IMG/VR virus record: IMGVR_UViG_3300049460_000121
Coordinates: 139,468-203,467 of that record
DNA: 64,000 nucleotides
Source: a virus
Taxonomy: Duplodnaviria; Heunggongvirae; Uroviricota; Caudoviricetes
Direction: 5' to 3' (one strand)
Of this stretch, positions 45,220-55,198 are shown piece by piece. The position numbers and the translations under genes were made by a program. Under the pieces are notes generated by a model that saw nothing but the letters and a program-made list of their open reading frames with translations, searched no databases and was not told the origin of the DNA. The first letter of the stretch is position 1; every line of letters begins with the position of its first letter.

Positions 45220-48200
45220 TTATGACTTCGGTTTGCCAGGCTCGCCAAGGTCGATCGTCAGATCGTCATCCTTACCGTCCTTCTTACCTTTCTTGTCATC
45301 CTTGTCTTTCTCATCGTCCTTCACTGCTGGTGCTTCGCCCAGATCAAGCTTGAGATCCTCATCCGTTACCTCAGGCTCAGCTTTCTCCTCAGGTACTTCA
45401 GGTTCTTCCAAGTTGATGTTGAGATCTTCTTCACCTACCGCAGGCTTCTCACCACCCTCTTCCGGAACTTCCTTCCCGTCAACTGGAGGCTCATCCAGAT
45501 TGATGTTCAGATCAGTATCGGCTTCAGCTGGCTTGTCACCCTCAGGCGCCGCAGCAGCGTCGTCAGCAGCCGCAGGCACTTCTGGTGCATCAACGGCAGG
45601 CTCAGGAGCTTCTGCTGTCTCAGCGCCTGCTGGAGCGTCCAGGTTGATAGCCAAGTCATCACCGCCAGCTTTAGCCGCAGCGTCATCAGCCGGAGCTTCT
45701 GCGTTATCGGCAGTAGCGTCGGTAGTCTCAGCTGCCGTGTCGGCGGCGGCATCAGTGTTGGTGTCGGTGAGTGCGTCGCCGTTAGTGTTAGCATCAACAC
45801 CGTCGTTCGCATCCCCCAAGTCCATACTGAGATCGTCCTGACCATCGCCGTTTGTATCGCCACCCAACTCGTCAGTCACTTCAGGCACGTTACCGTTAGC
45901 CAGATCCTGACCACCGCCGTAGCCGTCCTCAGCCGCGTTCTCGTCCACAGGCTCTGCGGTGAGTTCTTCCAGCATCTTCTGTGCCTTGTCGATCTCATCC
46001 ACAGTCTTCGCTGTAGTCTTCTTACGCTTGACCGCATCCAGAGCCACACGCTTGGCGTAACCGCCCACAGACTTCATTACCGCTTCGACGTGGTTAGACA
46101 TCTCTTCGGTCAAGTCCATCATCGGGCTACCGTCTTCAACCGAACTGAAGACATCCAGTTCGCGCAGGATGCCGCGCTTACGCATCCAGGCACGCAGGAT
46201 GACACCTTTCCAGGCTGCTACGACCGAGGTCATGGCTTCCTTGATCTTGTCAGGCGCGTAGCCGTCGAAGAACTCTTCGGTGATGTAAGCAGGCAGAGCC
46301 TTGTCCAGAGTTTCGCTGAAGTTGTTGAACAGTTCCATCTGCTTGGTCAGGTTGTCGTTCTCAGGAGCCGGCAACTTAACAGTCAGGTTGTTCAGGAACT
46401 CTTCCAGGAAACCTTCTGGATCGGACTTGTACTCATCAGGCAGGTACTTAGCGTTCTGCTCGATGATGTCCATCAGCTCACCGATGAGGATGCCCGAGTT
46501 GTACGTGAAGATACGTACGTAGTCGGTCAGCATCGGGTTGGTCTTAGCCTGGATCACCATCACCCGCTTTTGCAGCATCAGGCTGTTCTGCACAGCTGTG
46601 GTTGCAAACTCAGGCTGGTTGACGTTGTCCACCATTTCAGGCGTCAGACCGAATACCCGCGTCAGGTCATCGCGCAGCTGCTGTTGCAGCTCGTTGTCGA
46701 TCTGGGCGAAGGTGGACTCACGCGGCGAGATGGAAGTCTTCACTTCAGGGAACCGAGGGTTACCCGTTACGTTGACCGAGAAGGACGACATCTGGAGTTG
46801 CTCAGCCAGACCCACAGTCGAACTGATCGCCATCGGGAACTGGTGATACGCCAGACCCAACGCTTCGTTCGCCATGAAGGTCGCAGTGCCCAGTGGGTCA
46901 CCGTCATCTTCAGGCAGCTCGATGTTGATGTCTTTACCAGGGATCGCGTTCTTGGTCGAACCAATTACGTTGGCCACGGTAACAGCAGCACGCATTGCAG
47001 CGAGCGACTTGGCATCTTCCAGGATCGACTTACCGATACCAAACTCGTTGTACTCGTAAGCCATGTAGATCATGAGCTCAGCAGGTACGTAAAGCATGGT
47101 GGTCAGTTGGTTCTTCATTGTCCGTGCAAACATCAGACGGTCAATGTGTTCAGTGTGAGACAACTCGAAGTCGCCACCCATCATGCCGGTACGGAACCGA
47201 GCCACGATGTCAGCATCGACCAATTCAGCGTGCAGGTCAGCCAGACGATCGATCTGGGAGTTCGAGGCGTTGGCAATGCCACCAACGATCGCTTCCTTCG
47301 ACATCTGGATGAGTTCACCAGCCACACCACCCGAGTTACCGGCGTTGTCACTACCGCCACTACCGCGACGAATGTCATCGTAGTAGTTCAAGCGGCGAGA
47401 GTAGCTGATCGGATAACCGTTAGCGTCGAGTAGGATAATGTACCCAACGTGGTTGGATTCATCACCCGGTACGCAGACCGGCATTACCGCTTCGGTGGAG
47501 AGGTGATACTCGAGCGGGTGACCACAGTTACCGCCACCAGCTTGCTTGCCGCTAGGCACCACCTGGAGGCGGCTACGGCGCACTTGTTGCGGCTGGCGGT
47601 AGAACTTGTTGTAGATCTCGGAGTTACCCGGAGCATCTTTCTGGTTGTCTGCCCGACGTTGACGCTTACGTGCTTCAAGCGATGGAGTGCCATAAGCATT
47701 TTCCATCACACGGCTACGTTTCATCTTCTGCACTGCCGGAGTACGGAGCACAGCCATGTTGTCAGTCACACGAATCGGCAGAGAGACCTTCTTCTCGCCG
47801 TTCTTTGTCTTGATTGTATGATATTCAGCCATGGAGCTTTGGTTGATGCGACCGCTGGCGGACTCCAACGAAACGTAGGCGTCGCCGTTAGCAGTCGGCA
47901 CGCTGAGGCCGAAAATACCTTTGGGTTTGTACCACCCATCGACAAACTCACCACCGTACGAGCTGATGGATTCCATCGAGGCGTCGTTGTCACCCAAGAC
48001 CAATCGGTCGAGTGTGGCTTCTGGAATGATGAGAATCGGGTGAGCACCAGACCAGATAAGGGCGTCGTCTACCCACTCGGCAACCTTGGTATCTGTCTTC
48101 TTCGTTGTAATGAAGAAGTTCTCGAGGTTCTGAACCAGAGGCGACGTGAGGGCGGTATCACAGCCTTTCATGTCGTTGCCGAAGATCAGGGTTTGTTGCG

Positions 48201-48471
48201 AGAGATCCCCTGGTGACATGATGGCACTGATGAGGATTTCACGCGGAAGGTGAAGGTCCGGCATCGTCTGGAAGATGTTGCGGATGTCAGTAGCGTCCCG
48301 CAACGTACGGCGAAACACGCCAGACAACGGCGACAGGTCCAGACGATCGGTGCCCCCACCTTTCTTATTGGCTCGGTCAACGGTAAGACGTTTAATAACG
48401 TTCTTGTCCGTTTCCGATAAGTCGCGGAACTGCTCGACACGAGACTGTCCGCTAACTTCGTTAGTGTCCAT
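45220..48471 (-). CDS. Portal protein (phiKZ gp129-like) with a long acidic disordered C-terminal tail
   Basis: 1083 aa; N..NI.Q..PD...EILISAI.SP, YR.N..G.GKS.L (here YNEFGIGKSIL), VFGLTPE.VD motifs of T4-like/phiKZ portals; divergent from the gp128-like gene. Confidence 0.75.
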   Translation of the reverse strand: MDTNEVSGQSRVEQFRDLSETDKNVIKRLTVDRANKKGGGTDRLDLSPLSGVFRRTLRDATDIRNIFQTMPDLHLPREILISAIMSPGDLSQQTLIFGNDMKGCDTALTSPLVQNLENFFITTKKTDTKVAEWVDDALIWSGAHPILIIPEATLDRLVLGDNDASMESISSYGGEFVDGWYKPKGIFGLSVPTANGDAYVSLESASGRINQSSMAEYHTIKTKNGEKKVSLPIRVTDNMAVLRTPAVQKMKRSRVMENAYGTPSLEARKRQRRADNQKDAPGNSEIYNKFYRQPQQVRRSRLQVVPSGKQAGGGNCGHPLEYHLSTEAVMPVCVPGDESNHVGYIILLDANGYPISYSRRLNYYDDIRRGSGGSDNAGNSGGVAGELIQMSKEAIVGGIANASNSQIDRLADLHAELVDADIVARFRTGMMGGDFELSHTEHIDRLMFARTMKNQLTTMLYVPAELMIYMAYEYNEFGIGKSILEDAKSLAAMRAAVTVANVIGSTKNAIPGKDINIELPEDDGDPLGTATFMANEALGLAYHQFPMAISSTVGLAEQLQMSSFSVNVTGNPRFPEVKTSISPRESTFAQIDNELQQQLRDDLTRVFGLTPEMVDNVNQPEFATTAVQNSLMLQKRVMVIQAKTNPMLTDYVRIFTYNSGILIGELMDIIEQNAKYLPDEYKSDPEGFLEEFLNNLTVKLPAPENDNLTKQMELFNNFSETLDKALPAYITEEFFDGYAPDKIKEAMTSVVAAWKGVILRAWMRKRGILRELDVFSSVEDGSPMMDLTEEMSNHVEAVMKSVGGYAKRVALDAVKRKKTTAKTVDEIDKAQKMLEELTAEPVDENAAEDGYGGGQDLANGNVPEVTDELGGDTNGDGQDDLSMDLGDANDGVDANTNGDALTDTNTDAAADTAAETTDATADNAEAPADDAAAKAGGDDLAINLDAPAGAETAEAPEPAVDAPEVPAAADDAAAAPEGDKPAEADTDLNINLDEPPVDGKEVPEEGGEKPAVGEEDLNINLEEPEVPEEKAEPEVTDEDLKLDLGEAPAVKDDEKDKDDKKGKKDGKDDDLTIDLGEPGKPKS

Positions 48472-48506
48472 TACTCCTCTCCTAATCAGATCGGGGTTAT
48501 AAAGAA

Positions 48507-50738
48507 ATGAATGCCCATTACCGGCTCTATATCAAGAGCACATTGAAATTGGCGGCTACGCTCTTCATTAAGAGTGCGAGTACTGCGAGTTTGCTCAACA
48601 CCAAAGTGATCGCTCTAGGTCACTCGGTGGATCGGGACAATCCGTATACGTGGAAGTACTACCTCAACGCGGCAGGTATGTACCACGCAGCGGACACCGA
48701 GATGAAGGTCATCTCCCTGGATACTCAAGAAGAGATTTCCTTCGACACGGTAACCCTGGCTGAACACCGTGGCACCAAACGGGAATACGCCTACGGTTCG
48801 GTCTATTACAAGGAACTGGTTGCCAAGTATCCTGATCAGCGAATGCTGATCAACGGCATCCTAAATCCTCTCGACATCGAGACCGTAGTTACGTCAGAAG
48901 ACCATAAGATCCTGTGGCATGATAAAAAGGAAGTCGAGGAAGGTGAAGAGTACCTGATCCCACGGGTTCAGCGTTACATCGACATGTACTTCCTGCAACG
49001 CGACAACCGGGACTACGCTCTATTCGAACCCTTCTACTATGCCGGCTTGTTGGGTGTTCTCTACCCGAAGCTTCCGCTGTGGATTATCGACCTCCGCAAG
49101 GAGATGTGTAAGACGGACCAGGTGCACACGTTCTACGTGCGTCAGTACCTGACCTCGTTCAGCGCCGTTGGTAAAGAGTTCGACTACATGACGCGAAAGC
49201 TGCGTCTGTGGCTGTACCGCAACATTCGTTACCTCAACCGTAACTTGGGACGTGAGGAGATTCTCAAGCTCACCACCCAGAAGGTGTTGACGGATCGTGG
49301 GTTCAACTTGTCCGGCTTTAAGCTGAGTCATGTGTATGAAAACACCACCACGACCCTGAGGCCTGAAGTGGAGCTCCAGCAGGAAACGCTCAACGGGATC
49401 GAACCTGCGAACGGCGCTACCGATAAGTCCGTGCCCGAGATGTTGGACATGGAACTCGGGCTGGCCAGGGGTAACATCGCTTACCGGGACGATAGTGAAG
49501 TCGACGTTACCAAGCGTAGCGTGCATGCCAAGACCAGTACCCATATCACCAAGATCCTGGAATCCAACGTCCTCGATCGTGCTGATGCTGATCCGTTCAC
49601 CTTGACTGACGTCTTGCTGAACCACTGGCTGTACCTCGCTCACTTCGGCCGCTACAACACGGTCTTGTCGATCACCAACCCAAGCAACGGCGATGTGTTC
49701 AAGCTGTCGGCGAAGAACGCCTTCATCTTCTACATCTATGCGTACAACAAGGCTATCGGGATTACCCTCGAGAAGGTGCCGGTTCTTTCGGCCAACCGTG
49801 TTCGTCGTATGCCGTTGCCGACCTTTCCAGAGCTCAGGGCTTTGGCTGAACCTAAGCGCGTGCCGGATTATGCAATCTATCACCTGATGTCGGATCAGTC
49901 GCCTATCACCCGCTACGTGTCGGTGGATGCCTTTAAAGAGCTCTGTGTCGACATTCACCGTAAGATGCTGGACCACCGCAAGTTCCGTTGCTACTACCAG
50001 GACTATAAAGCGGAAGGTCAACTGCACACTGTGGTGGATCGGTTCTACCAGGACATTCGGATTGACCTTGCTCACGAACAGACCTACGACTCCTGGCTGG
50101 CACAAGTAGGGATCGACACGTCGGCCATGGGTCACGTTGAATATCAGCTGATGTTTAGCACGATCTTCAACCAGATCACTGGCGCTGACCTGAGTAACGT
50201 CAACAGCGTGCGGGAAATCCACGCCTCGATGATCCGCATCATGAAGGCGCTGTCGTCTTACTCGGTGCAGTACATCAAAACGATCAACGACTCCCCAGTC
50301 AAGGTCGTGGATGGCAAGTTCCCCAAGCAAACGATTCCAAGGTTAGACGAGACCGAGCACAAGCTGATCGATGTCGACATGCCCACCATTCTGGATGTCG
50401 ATTCGTATGAGCGTCGGTTCGACAAGATCATCGCCAAGGTCGGAGTGGATTATCACTCTAACGTGGTCAAGACCACTGCAAAGATCCCGGTCAAGGTAAA
50501 CATCAAGCTGTTAGGTCGGGGACAAATCGTCACCCGCATGGACTTCAACCTCCCGTTCCTGAAGTTGATTCCCGATGCTGTCACTGACATCACCGGCGAT
50601 CTCACGCTGACGCTCGATTACCTCGAGCCTGAGCGCATGGATTACGCTGACCTGTTTACCGGGTTGACGTTCCCAATCATGACTGGTGGGTATGAAGCCC
50701 TTACCGACACTCGTCGGAAGATGTTCCTCGGACTTTAA
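48507..50738 (+). CDS. Virion structural protein (phiKZ gp128-like, baseplate)
   Basis: 743 aa; WKYYLN.AG.YH..D, S.DT.EEI.F, LYRNIRY motifs; divergent from the portal. Confidence 0.75.
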   Translation: MNAHYRLYIKSTLKLAATLFIKSASTASLLNTKVIALGHSVDRDNPYTWKYYLNAAGMYHAADTEMKVISLDTQEEISFDTVTLAEHRGTKREYAYGSVYYKELVAKYPDQRMLINGILNPLDIETVVTSEDHKILWHDKKEVEEGEEYLIPRVQRYIDMYFLQRDNRDYALFEPFYYAGLLGVLYPKLPLWIIDLRKEMCKTDQVHTFYVRQYLTSFSAVGKEFDYMTRKLRLWLYRNIRYLNRNLGREEILKLTTQKVLTDRGFNLSGFKLSHVYENTTTTLRPEVELQQETLNGIEPANGATDKSVPEMLDMELGLARGNIAYRDDSEVDVTKRSVHAKTSTHITKILESNVLDRADADPFTLTDVLLNHWLYLAHFGRYNTVLSITNPSNGDVFKLSAKNAFIFYIYAYNKAIGITLEKVPVLSANRVRRMPLPTFPELRALAEPKRVPDYAIYHLMSDQSPITRYVSVDAFKELCVDIHRKMLDHRKFRCYYQDYKAEGQLHTVVDRFYQDIRIDLAHEQTYDSWLAQVGIDTSAMGHVEYQLMFSTIFNQITGADLSNVNSVREIHASMIRIMKALSSYSVQYIKTINDSPVKVVDGKFPKQTIPRLDETEHKLIDVDMPTILDVDSYERRFDKIIAKVGVDYHSNVVKTTAKIPVKVNIKLLGRGQIVTRMDFNLPFLKLIPDAVTDITGDLTLTLDYLEPERMDYADLFTGLTFPIMTGGYEALTDTRRKMFLGL

Positions 50739-50761
50739 CAGTCTTCTACTTGAGGCGAATA

Positions 50762-52732
50762 ATGAGTACGCCAGAATCCCTTCTCAAGATGGAATCTCTG
50801 GAAGCGGTGAAGAAGATCCTTCTGGATTCTCTGCCAACCTGGGTAAAGAACGAATGGCTCGTCATTGAGAACATTCGCCCCAATGGTGCACCGTCTTCCT
50901 TAGATGCTCTGGCGGAGATGACGTTCAGTAGCTTCTACGCGCCACCTGCAATCAGTGCCAAGTTCAAGGATCCCCTGACCTTTCAGTTTAAACGTCTGAA
51001 TCTGTCCACCTTCCTAGCGGGGGCGAACAAGACGGTGAAGTTCAAGGGGTCCATCAACTCGGTCGACATTCTCAGTCGATTGCTGGCGAAGTACGATGTA
51101 CCAGTGTCCCCTGCTGACGTGGTGAACTTCACCACTGAAGCGGCTGGTAGCTACGTCATCACTGCCCAGTCCTCCTCGCCTCGTTGGGTGGGGTCAGTTA
51201 CGTTACAACTACTTCGTGAAGCTTACCTCCTCAAAGAGTTCTTCTCGAACACCGCTATCTTTATTCCATTCTCGGCGAGTTTCCGCTCAGACGACTTCTT
51301 AAAGGTCTTGTTGAAAGCGATAGAGAACCACAACTCGTCGTACGAAGAACCCTACCAGCTTCGGCCGGAGGATTTCCGCATTACCCAAGGTCCTACTGTT
51401 ATCGAACCTGATGACACTGGCCTGAACACCAAGATTACATTGACAGGCGTCGGCGGTGATTTCACCGGTACGATGGAGTTCACGTACCAGCGTAAGTCCT
51501 ACACCCCAACCTATCGCTGGCCAGTACGGGTAGCTACAGGCGGGACGGTGACCAGGGCTAAGGTACTGGACGCCATCAACTTCAAGTTCGACACCGGGTT
51601 GGTCGAAGGGGATATCTCCAACTGGGATTCTCTGCCGGCTACTGTCACCGAGGGACAGGTTTACCGTTTGACGACGGTAGAAACCTCGCTGACCACCGTG
51701 GGCGACATCTATGTCGAACTCGTTGTGTACGACGAATCGAACCAGATCGACCTGGCTACTGAAATCTTCGACGAGGTATTGGACGGTTTCGTCCTGACAC
51801 ATACCTGCAAGATGTCGATTGATCTCCTGGCCAACAAGAAGCACCTGGATGGGTACATTCCGCCGTTTGCCAGACCTGATGTCACGGTGTGCACCACCGT
51901 ACCGTTCTTGGATGGCTTCCACAGCGAGAAGAAACTCATCATCGAGGAAAACGTTGGCATCAGATTCCTTGATGGCTTCGAATCCGTTAAGGCTAAACCA
52001 ATCAGTGAGTTTGTCCCGGTCCCTTATCTCGATGGTTGGGATACTGAGAAGAAGTGGAACCTTCCTGAGATCCTCGCTATCACCAGCCTGGACGGTTACG
52101 ACAGTGACAAACGTAAGCTCCTCCCTGAGGTGTTTGACGACAAGTCGCTGGATGGGTTTGACTCCAATAAGCTCAAGCTGCTCTCAGAAGTATTCGAGAC
52201 CACCAGCCTTGATGGTTGGGACTTCAGCAAGGGTAAACCCCTGTCTGAGATCCTACACGTCCAGTCGCAGACCGGTTTCGACTCCGATAAGACGAAGAAC
52301 CTCGGGGACGCGTTTGAGGTCACGCAGCAAGACGGCTTTGACAGCAGTAAGCTGAAGCTACTCTCTGAGGCATTGGCTACCCCTGCCTTGGATGGGTTCG
52401 AGTCGGACAAACAGCACCTGCTTTCTGAGCAGCTCGCTGAACCGACACTCGATGGCTTTGAAAGCGATAAGCTGAAGTTGCTGTCTGAAGTGGTAGGCAC
52501 TACGGCTGATGGGTTTGATGGCAAGTCCACTCAACTCCTGAGTCAAGAGCTGTGGACCAGTGAACAGGGCGGTTTCAATTCCGATAAGCAGAAACTTCTC
52601 TCGGAGGTGCTCCATACTCCGAAGCTAGATGGCTTTGAAGGGAAAGGACCTGGTCCTAAAGACTTGAACGCACTTCTCACGAAGACTGTGGTCGAGGGTC
52701 TAAACTACCCAGATGCGCCAACCGAACCGTAA
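50762..52732 (+). CDS. Virion structural protein with a C-terminal 20-aa tandem repeat array
   Basis: ATG 50762 (SD GAGG); two related N-terminal domains (F.Y.R..L..., S..W.G.V), then repeats. Confidence 0.75.
   Translation: MSTPESLLKMESLEAVKKILLDSLPTWVKNEWLVIENIRPNGAPSSLDALAEMTFSSFYAPPAISAKFKDPLTFQFKRLNLSTFLAGANKTVKFKGSINSVDILSRLLAKYDVPVSPADVVNFTTEAAGSYVITAQSSSPRWVGSVTLQLLREAYLLKEFFSNTAIFIPFSASFRSDDFLKVLLKAIENHNSSYEEPYQLRPEDFRITQGPTVIEPDDTGLNTKITLTGVGGDFTGTMEFTYQRKSYTPTYRWPVRVATGGTVTRAKVLDAINFKFDTGLVEGDISNWDSLPATVTEGQVYRLTTVETSLTTVGDIYVELVVYDESNQIDLATEIFDEVLDGFVLTHTCKMSIDLLANKKHLDGYIPPFARPDVTVCTTVPFLDGFHSEKKLIIEENVGIRFLDGFESVKAKPISEFVPVPYLDGWDTEKKWNLPEILAITSLDGYDSDKRKLLPEVFDDKSLDGFDSNKLKLLSEVFETTSLDGWDFSKGKPLSEILHVQSQTGFDSDKTKNLGDAFEVTQQDGFDSSKLKLLSEALATPALDGFESDKQHLLSEQLAEPTLDGFESDKLKLLSEVVGTTADGFDGKSTQLLSQELWTSEQGGFNSDKQKLLSEVLHTPKLDGFEGKGPGPKDLNALLTKTVVEGLNYPDAPTEP
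51740..52712 (+). repeat. About 15-16 tandem 20-aa (60-bp) repeats, consensus DKxKLLSEVxxxxxLDGFDS
   Basis: Read directly from the translation; one unit is 19 aa. Confidence 0.85.
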
Positions 52733-52746
52733 CAGGACGATAAACG

Positions 52747-53202
52747 ATGGACACGATCAGTGAAGTGCCCTTCCATCGTATCGAACGCTATGTCAAGTAC
52801 CCTCCGGTGGAGGGTTTCTTGATCATGGTGAACGACGCATTCAACTTGCGTCTAAGACCTGAGTTTGCAAAAGCCAAGGTCATCGAATCCGATGGTGTGA
52901 ACGCCGTTGCCCTGATTGAAACGTTCGACAGTACCAGCGAGATGGTGCCCCGTGCTCACACGGGGTCTCTCAAGGTGCGGTACAAACGTCTCCAGCTGAG
53001 TGAGTGGATTACGTCCACTCGACTCAAGGTAGTGGCCCCAACCAACACGTCAGTGATCCTGAGTACCCTGCGCAACAATGACAGCTTCTATTTGACTGCC
53101 AACGACATCGTCGCCGATAACTTGCTTGAGCAAGTGTCTACGATCGAGGCAGCCGAGCTCTCGTTGTTCTGGACGGGTTCCTTCCAGGTTGAACTGGCGT
53201 AA
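52747..53202 (+). CDS. Virion structural protein (short paralog of the preceding N-terminal domain)
   Basis: V.Y.RL.L and S.FW.G..V patterns; 151 aa. Confidence 0.7.
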   Translation: MDTISEVPFHRIERYVKYPPVEGFLIMVNDAFNLRLRPEFAKAKVIESDGVNAVALIETFDSTSEMVPRAHTGSLKVRYKRLQLSEWITSTRLKVVAPTNTSVILSTLRNNDSFYLTANDIVADNLLEQVSTIEAAELSLFWTGSFQVELA

Positions 53203-53218
53203 TTCAGAGATCAGATAG

Positions 53219-54265
53219 ATGAGTAACTGCGCTTCCCCTCTGAATCGTTTCAATAAGCCCAGCAAGCAATTGCTGGTTGAGATGATCAACAAGTTCAATG
53301 GGGTCAGTCTGGATGCCGATAAGCTGATCTTCAGTGATCCTGAAGAACTGCAAGGCGACGGCAAGACCGAAGTGAAGGTAAAGTTCCAGACCAACACTGG
53401 CTGGTCCGATGAAGAACGTCCGGTGACTTACTACCGCATCGAGGCTAACCGTCTCGAGGACTTGAGTCACCTGGTGATCAACAACGACGTGCTACCAGAC
53501 AACGAGGCATTGCTCAAGGCTATCTTTGATCAGTGTGGCGTACTCCTGGAACCGGACGTCATTGAGATCCAGGAAATCTACGGTGGTCTGACGGCGAATC
53601 AGGCTGACATCACCAACCGCGTCAAGTTGACCTTCCTGAAGGGCTTCGATGAAGTGGTGGATGTTCCGTTCCAGCCGCCTGTGGACACGGATCGCGACTT
53701 CAAGATCACGTTCAAGGATAACCACCTGGTCTTCTTCGGCCACATCTACGTGTTGGCTCGTCCAGTGATCAATCTACTGGGCAACACCATTGCACGCCGG
53801 ATGGATTTCCGTGACTTCTATAAGGACGGTGTCTACGGTCGCCCGCCGATTGACCTGTACATTCCACAGGGTCGTCTGCTGGTCGATACGCACCAGAGTA
53901 CCCCTGTGGGTGATGCCAAGCAGACCGCGGCCTATCTCTATGAACAGAAGTCCGGTCCAGCCGTCGACGTAGCCAACCGCCTTGCAGGCATTTTGTTTGC
54001 GCTTACTGGCGACCTTTGGCACTACACGCCTGACGCTACAGCGGATTTCAATATTTACAACAGTACCATCCTCTATAACGGGTTGGTCACTCCTGAATAC
54101 AGTGCTGACGACAGCCGCTACAGTTACGTCATGGTCATCGAGCTCGGTGCCTTGTGTCGGAACCTGAGTGGCAAACTGCGCATTGGCTATCGGTATGCGG
54201 CGCCTGGCGTGCCAGCAAACCGGCAGTACAATCCAGCGTCTGCCACGCCACTCTTCCAACATTGA
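53219..54265 (+). CDS. Virion structural protein (baseplate family)
   Basis: 348 aa; LLV.MIN..NG..L, V.YYR, YNG...EY motifs. Confidence 0.7.
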   Translation: MSNCASPLNRFNKPSKQLLVEMINKFNGVSLDADKLIFSDPEELQGDGKTEVKVKFQTNTGWSDEERPVTYYRIEANRLEDLSHLVINNDVLPDNEALLKAIFDQCGVLLEPDVIEIQEIYGGLTANQADITNRVKLTFLKGFDEVVDVPFQPPVDTDRDFKITFKDNHLVFFGHIYVLARPVINLLGNTIARRMDFRDFYKDGVYGRPPIDLYIPQGRLLVDTHQSTPVGDAKQTAAYLYEQKSGPAVDVANRLAGILFALTGDLWHYTPDATADFNIYNSTILYNGLVTPEYSADDSRYSYVMVIELGALCRNLSGKLRIGYRYAAPGVPANRQYNPASATPLFQH

Positions 54266-54274
54266 GGTTGATCC

Positions 54275-55150
54275 GTGAACACTATTCAATCCACCCTGTA
54301 TGGTGCCAAAACTCTGGTCCACCTCCTCCTGGGTCATACGCCGATCATTCCGTCGCGTACGACCTTCAATGAACGCCTGGGCATCCAGGACGCAGCCACG
54401 CCTCAGCCGGGTGAAAAGGTTTACCTCGGCATCATGACCGTGGGCAACAAAGGTCACCGGGCCGTGGTAGGTGATGGTGGTATCGCTCTGACTTCGGTTA
54501 TCGACCACCTGGCCAACCACGCCTCGACGTACAACCCGACGCCGTTCGCACTGCGTCGTATCGACGATGACTTGCCCCAGGCATTGCGTGAGAAGTTTGC
54601 GCTGCGTAAGGAAATGACGGTCAGTGGTGTGAACTACTACGGCTACTTCGGCTACCGGATGGATATCGATCCGGCTGACGTTACCGTGGTGATGAAGAAG
54701 ATCACTGTCGAGAACGGCCAGACCACTGAAGAGGTCTACGTTCCGTCCACTGCCGACCTGTACCCAGAACCGGTCGAGCTGCCAGTCAAAGGCGCGGTGT
54801 CCACCACCGACGTCAGCCTGTCCGTAAGTTGCGTGATCCGTGTGCGTCTGGATGAGGTCCTGATTCAGGAATTCATCAACGCTGCCAAGATCCAGCACAA
54901 CGGTGATGAGCGTTACGCCATCATGTCGGAGTTCGCCCTCTGCACAGCCGCTGACCGCATCATCTCGGTGCCTAGCACTTCTGGTTCGGTGAACTTCCTC
55001 GAAGCGATCGGTTGCCAGGCCTACAGCTACTCGATGGACCACAAGGCGTTGTACTACAACAGCCAAGAGCTGACGTTGGACTTCGACTTGGGTAACCAAT
55101 TGCCGCTGCTGGGTACTGCGTCCATTCCGACGCTGGAAGTTATTCCTTAG
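54275..55150 (+). CDS. Virion structural protein
   Basis: 291 aa, GTG start, SD GAGG; T.N....I, GN.GH, PF.LR..DDDL, YY.Y motifs. Confidence 0.72.
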   Translation: MNTIQSTLYGAKTLVHLLLGHTPIIPSRTTFNERLGIQDAATPQPGEKVYLGIMTVGNKGHRAVVGDGGIALTSVIDHLANHASTYNPTPFALRRIDDDLPQALREKFALRKEMTVSGVNYYGYFGYRMDIDPADVTVVMKKITVENGQTTEEVYVPSTADLYPEPVELPVKGAVSTTDVSLSVSCVIRVRLDEVLIQEFINAAKIQHNGDERYAIMSEFALCTAADRIISVPSTSGSVNFLEAIGCQAYSYSMDHKALYYNSQELTLDFDLGNQLPLLGTASIPTLEVIP

Positions 55151-55156
55151 TTCAGC

Positions 55157-55191
55157 GCATAGGAGGCCACTGGGGCGCAAACCCCAGTGGC
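55157..55191 (+). promoter_or_regulatory. AGGAGG followed by a 10-bp hairpin: terminator and/or looped-out SD for ruvC
   Basis: GCATAGGAG-GCCACTGGGG-cgcaaa-CCCCAGTGGC, then 7 nt to the ATG. Confidence 0.55.
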
Positions 55192-55198
55192 ATTGTGT

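Noticed and set aside
45071-47433. Plus-strand ORFs of 256 and 447 aa
   Set aside because: Antisense to the portal; the Ser-rich text mirrors the acidic repeats.
51740-52712. 60-bp periodicity as a CRISPR array or DGR variable region
   Set aside because: Repeats are in-frame and conserved at protein level only; no spacer structure, adenine-specific variation or reverse transcriptase.
49020-55180. Minus-strand ORFs of 436, 207 and 468 aa
   Set aside because: Shadows of the structural operon; no RBS or motif support.
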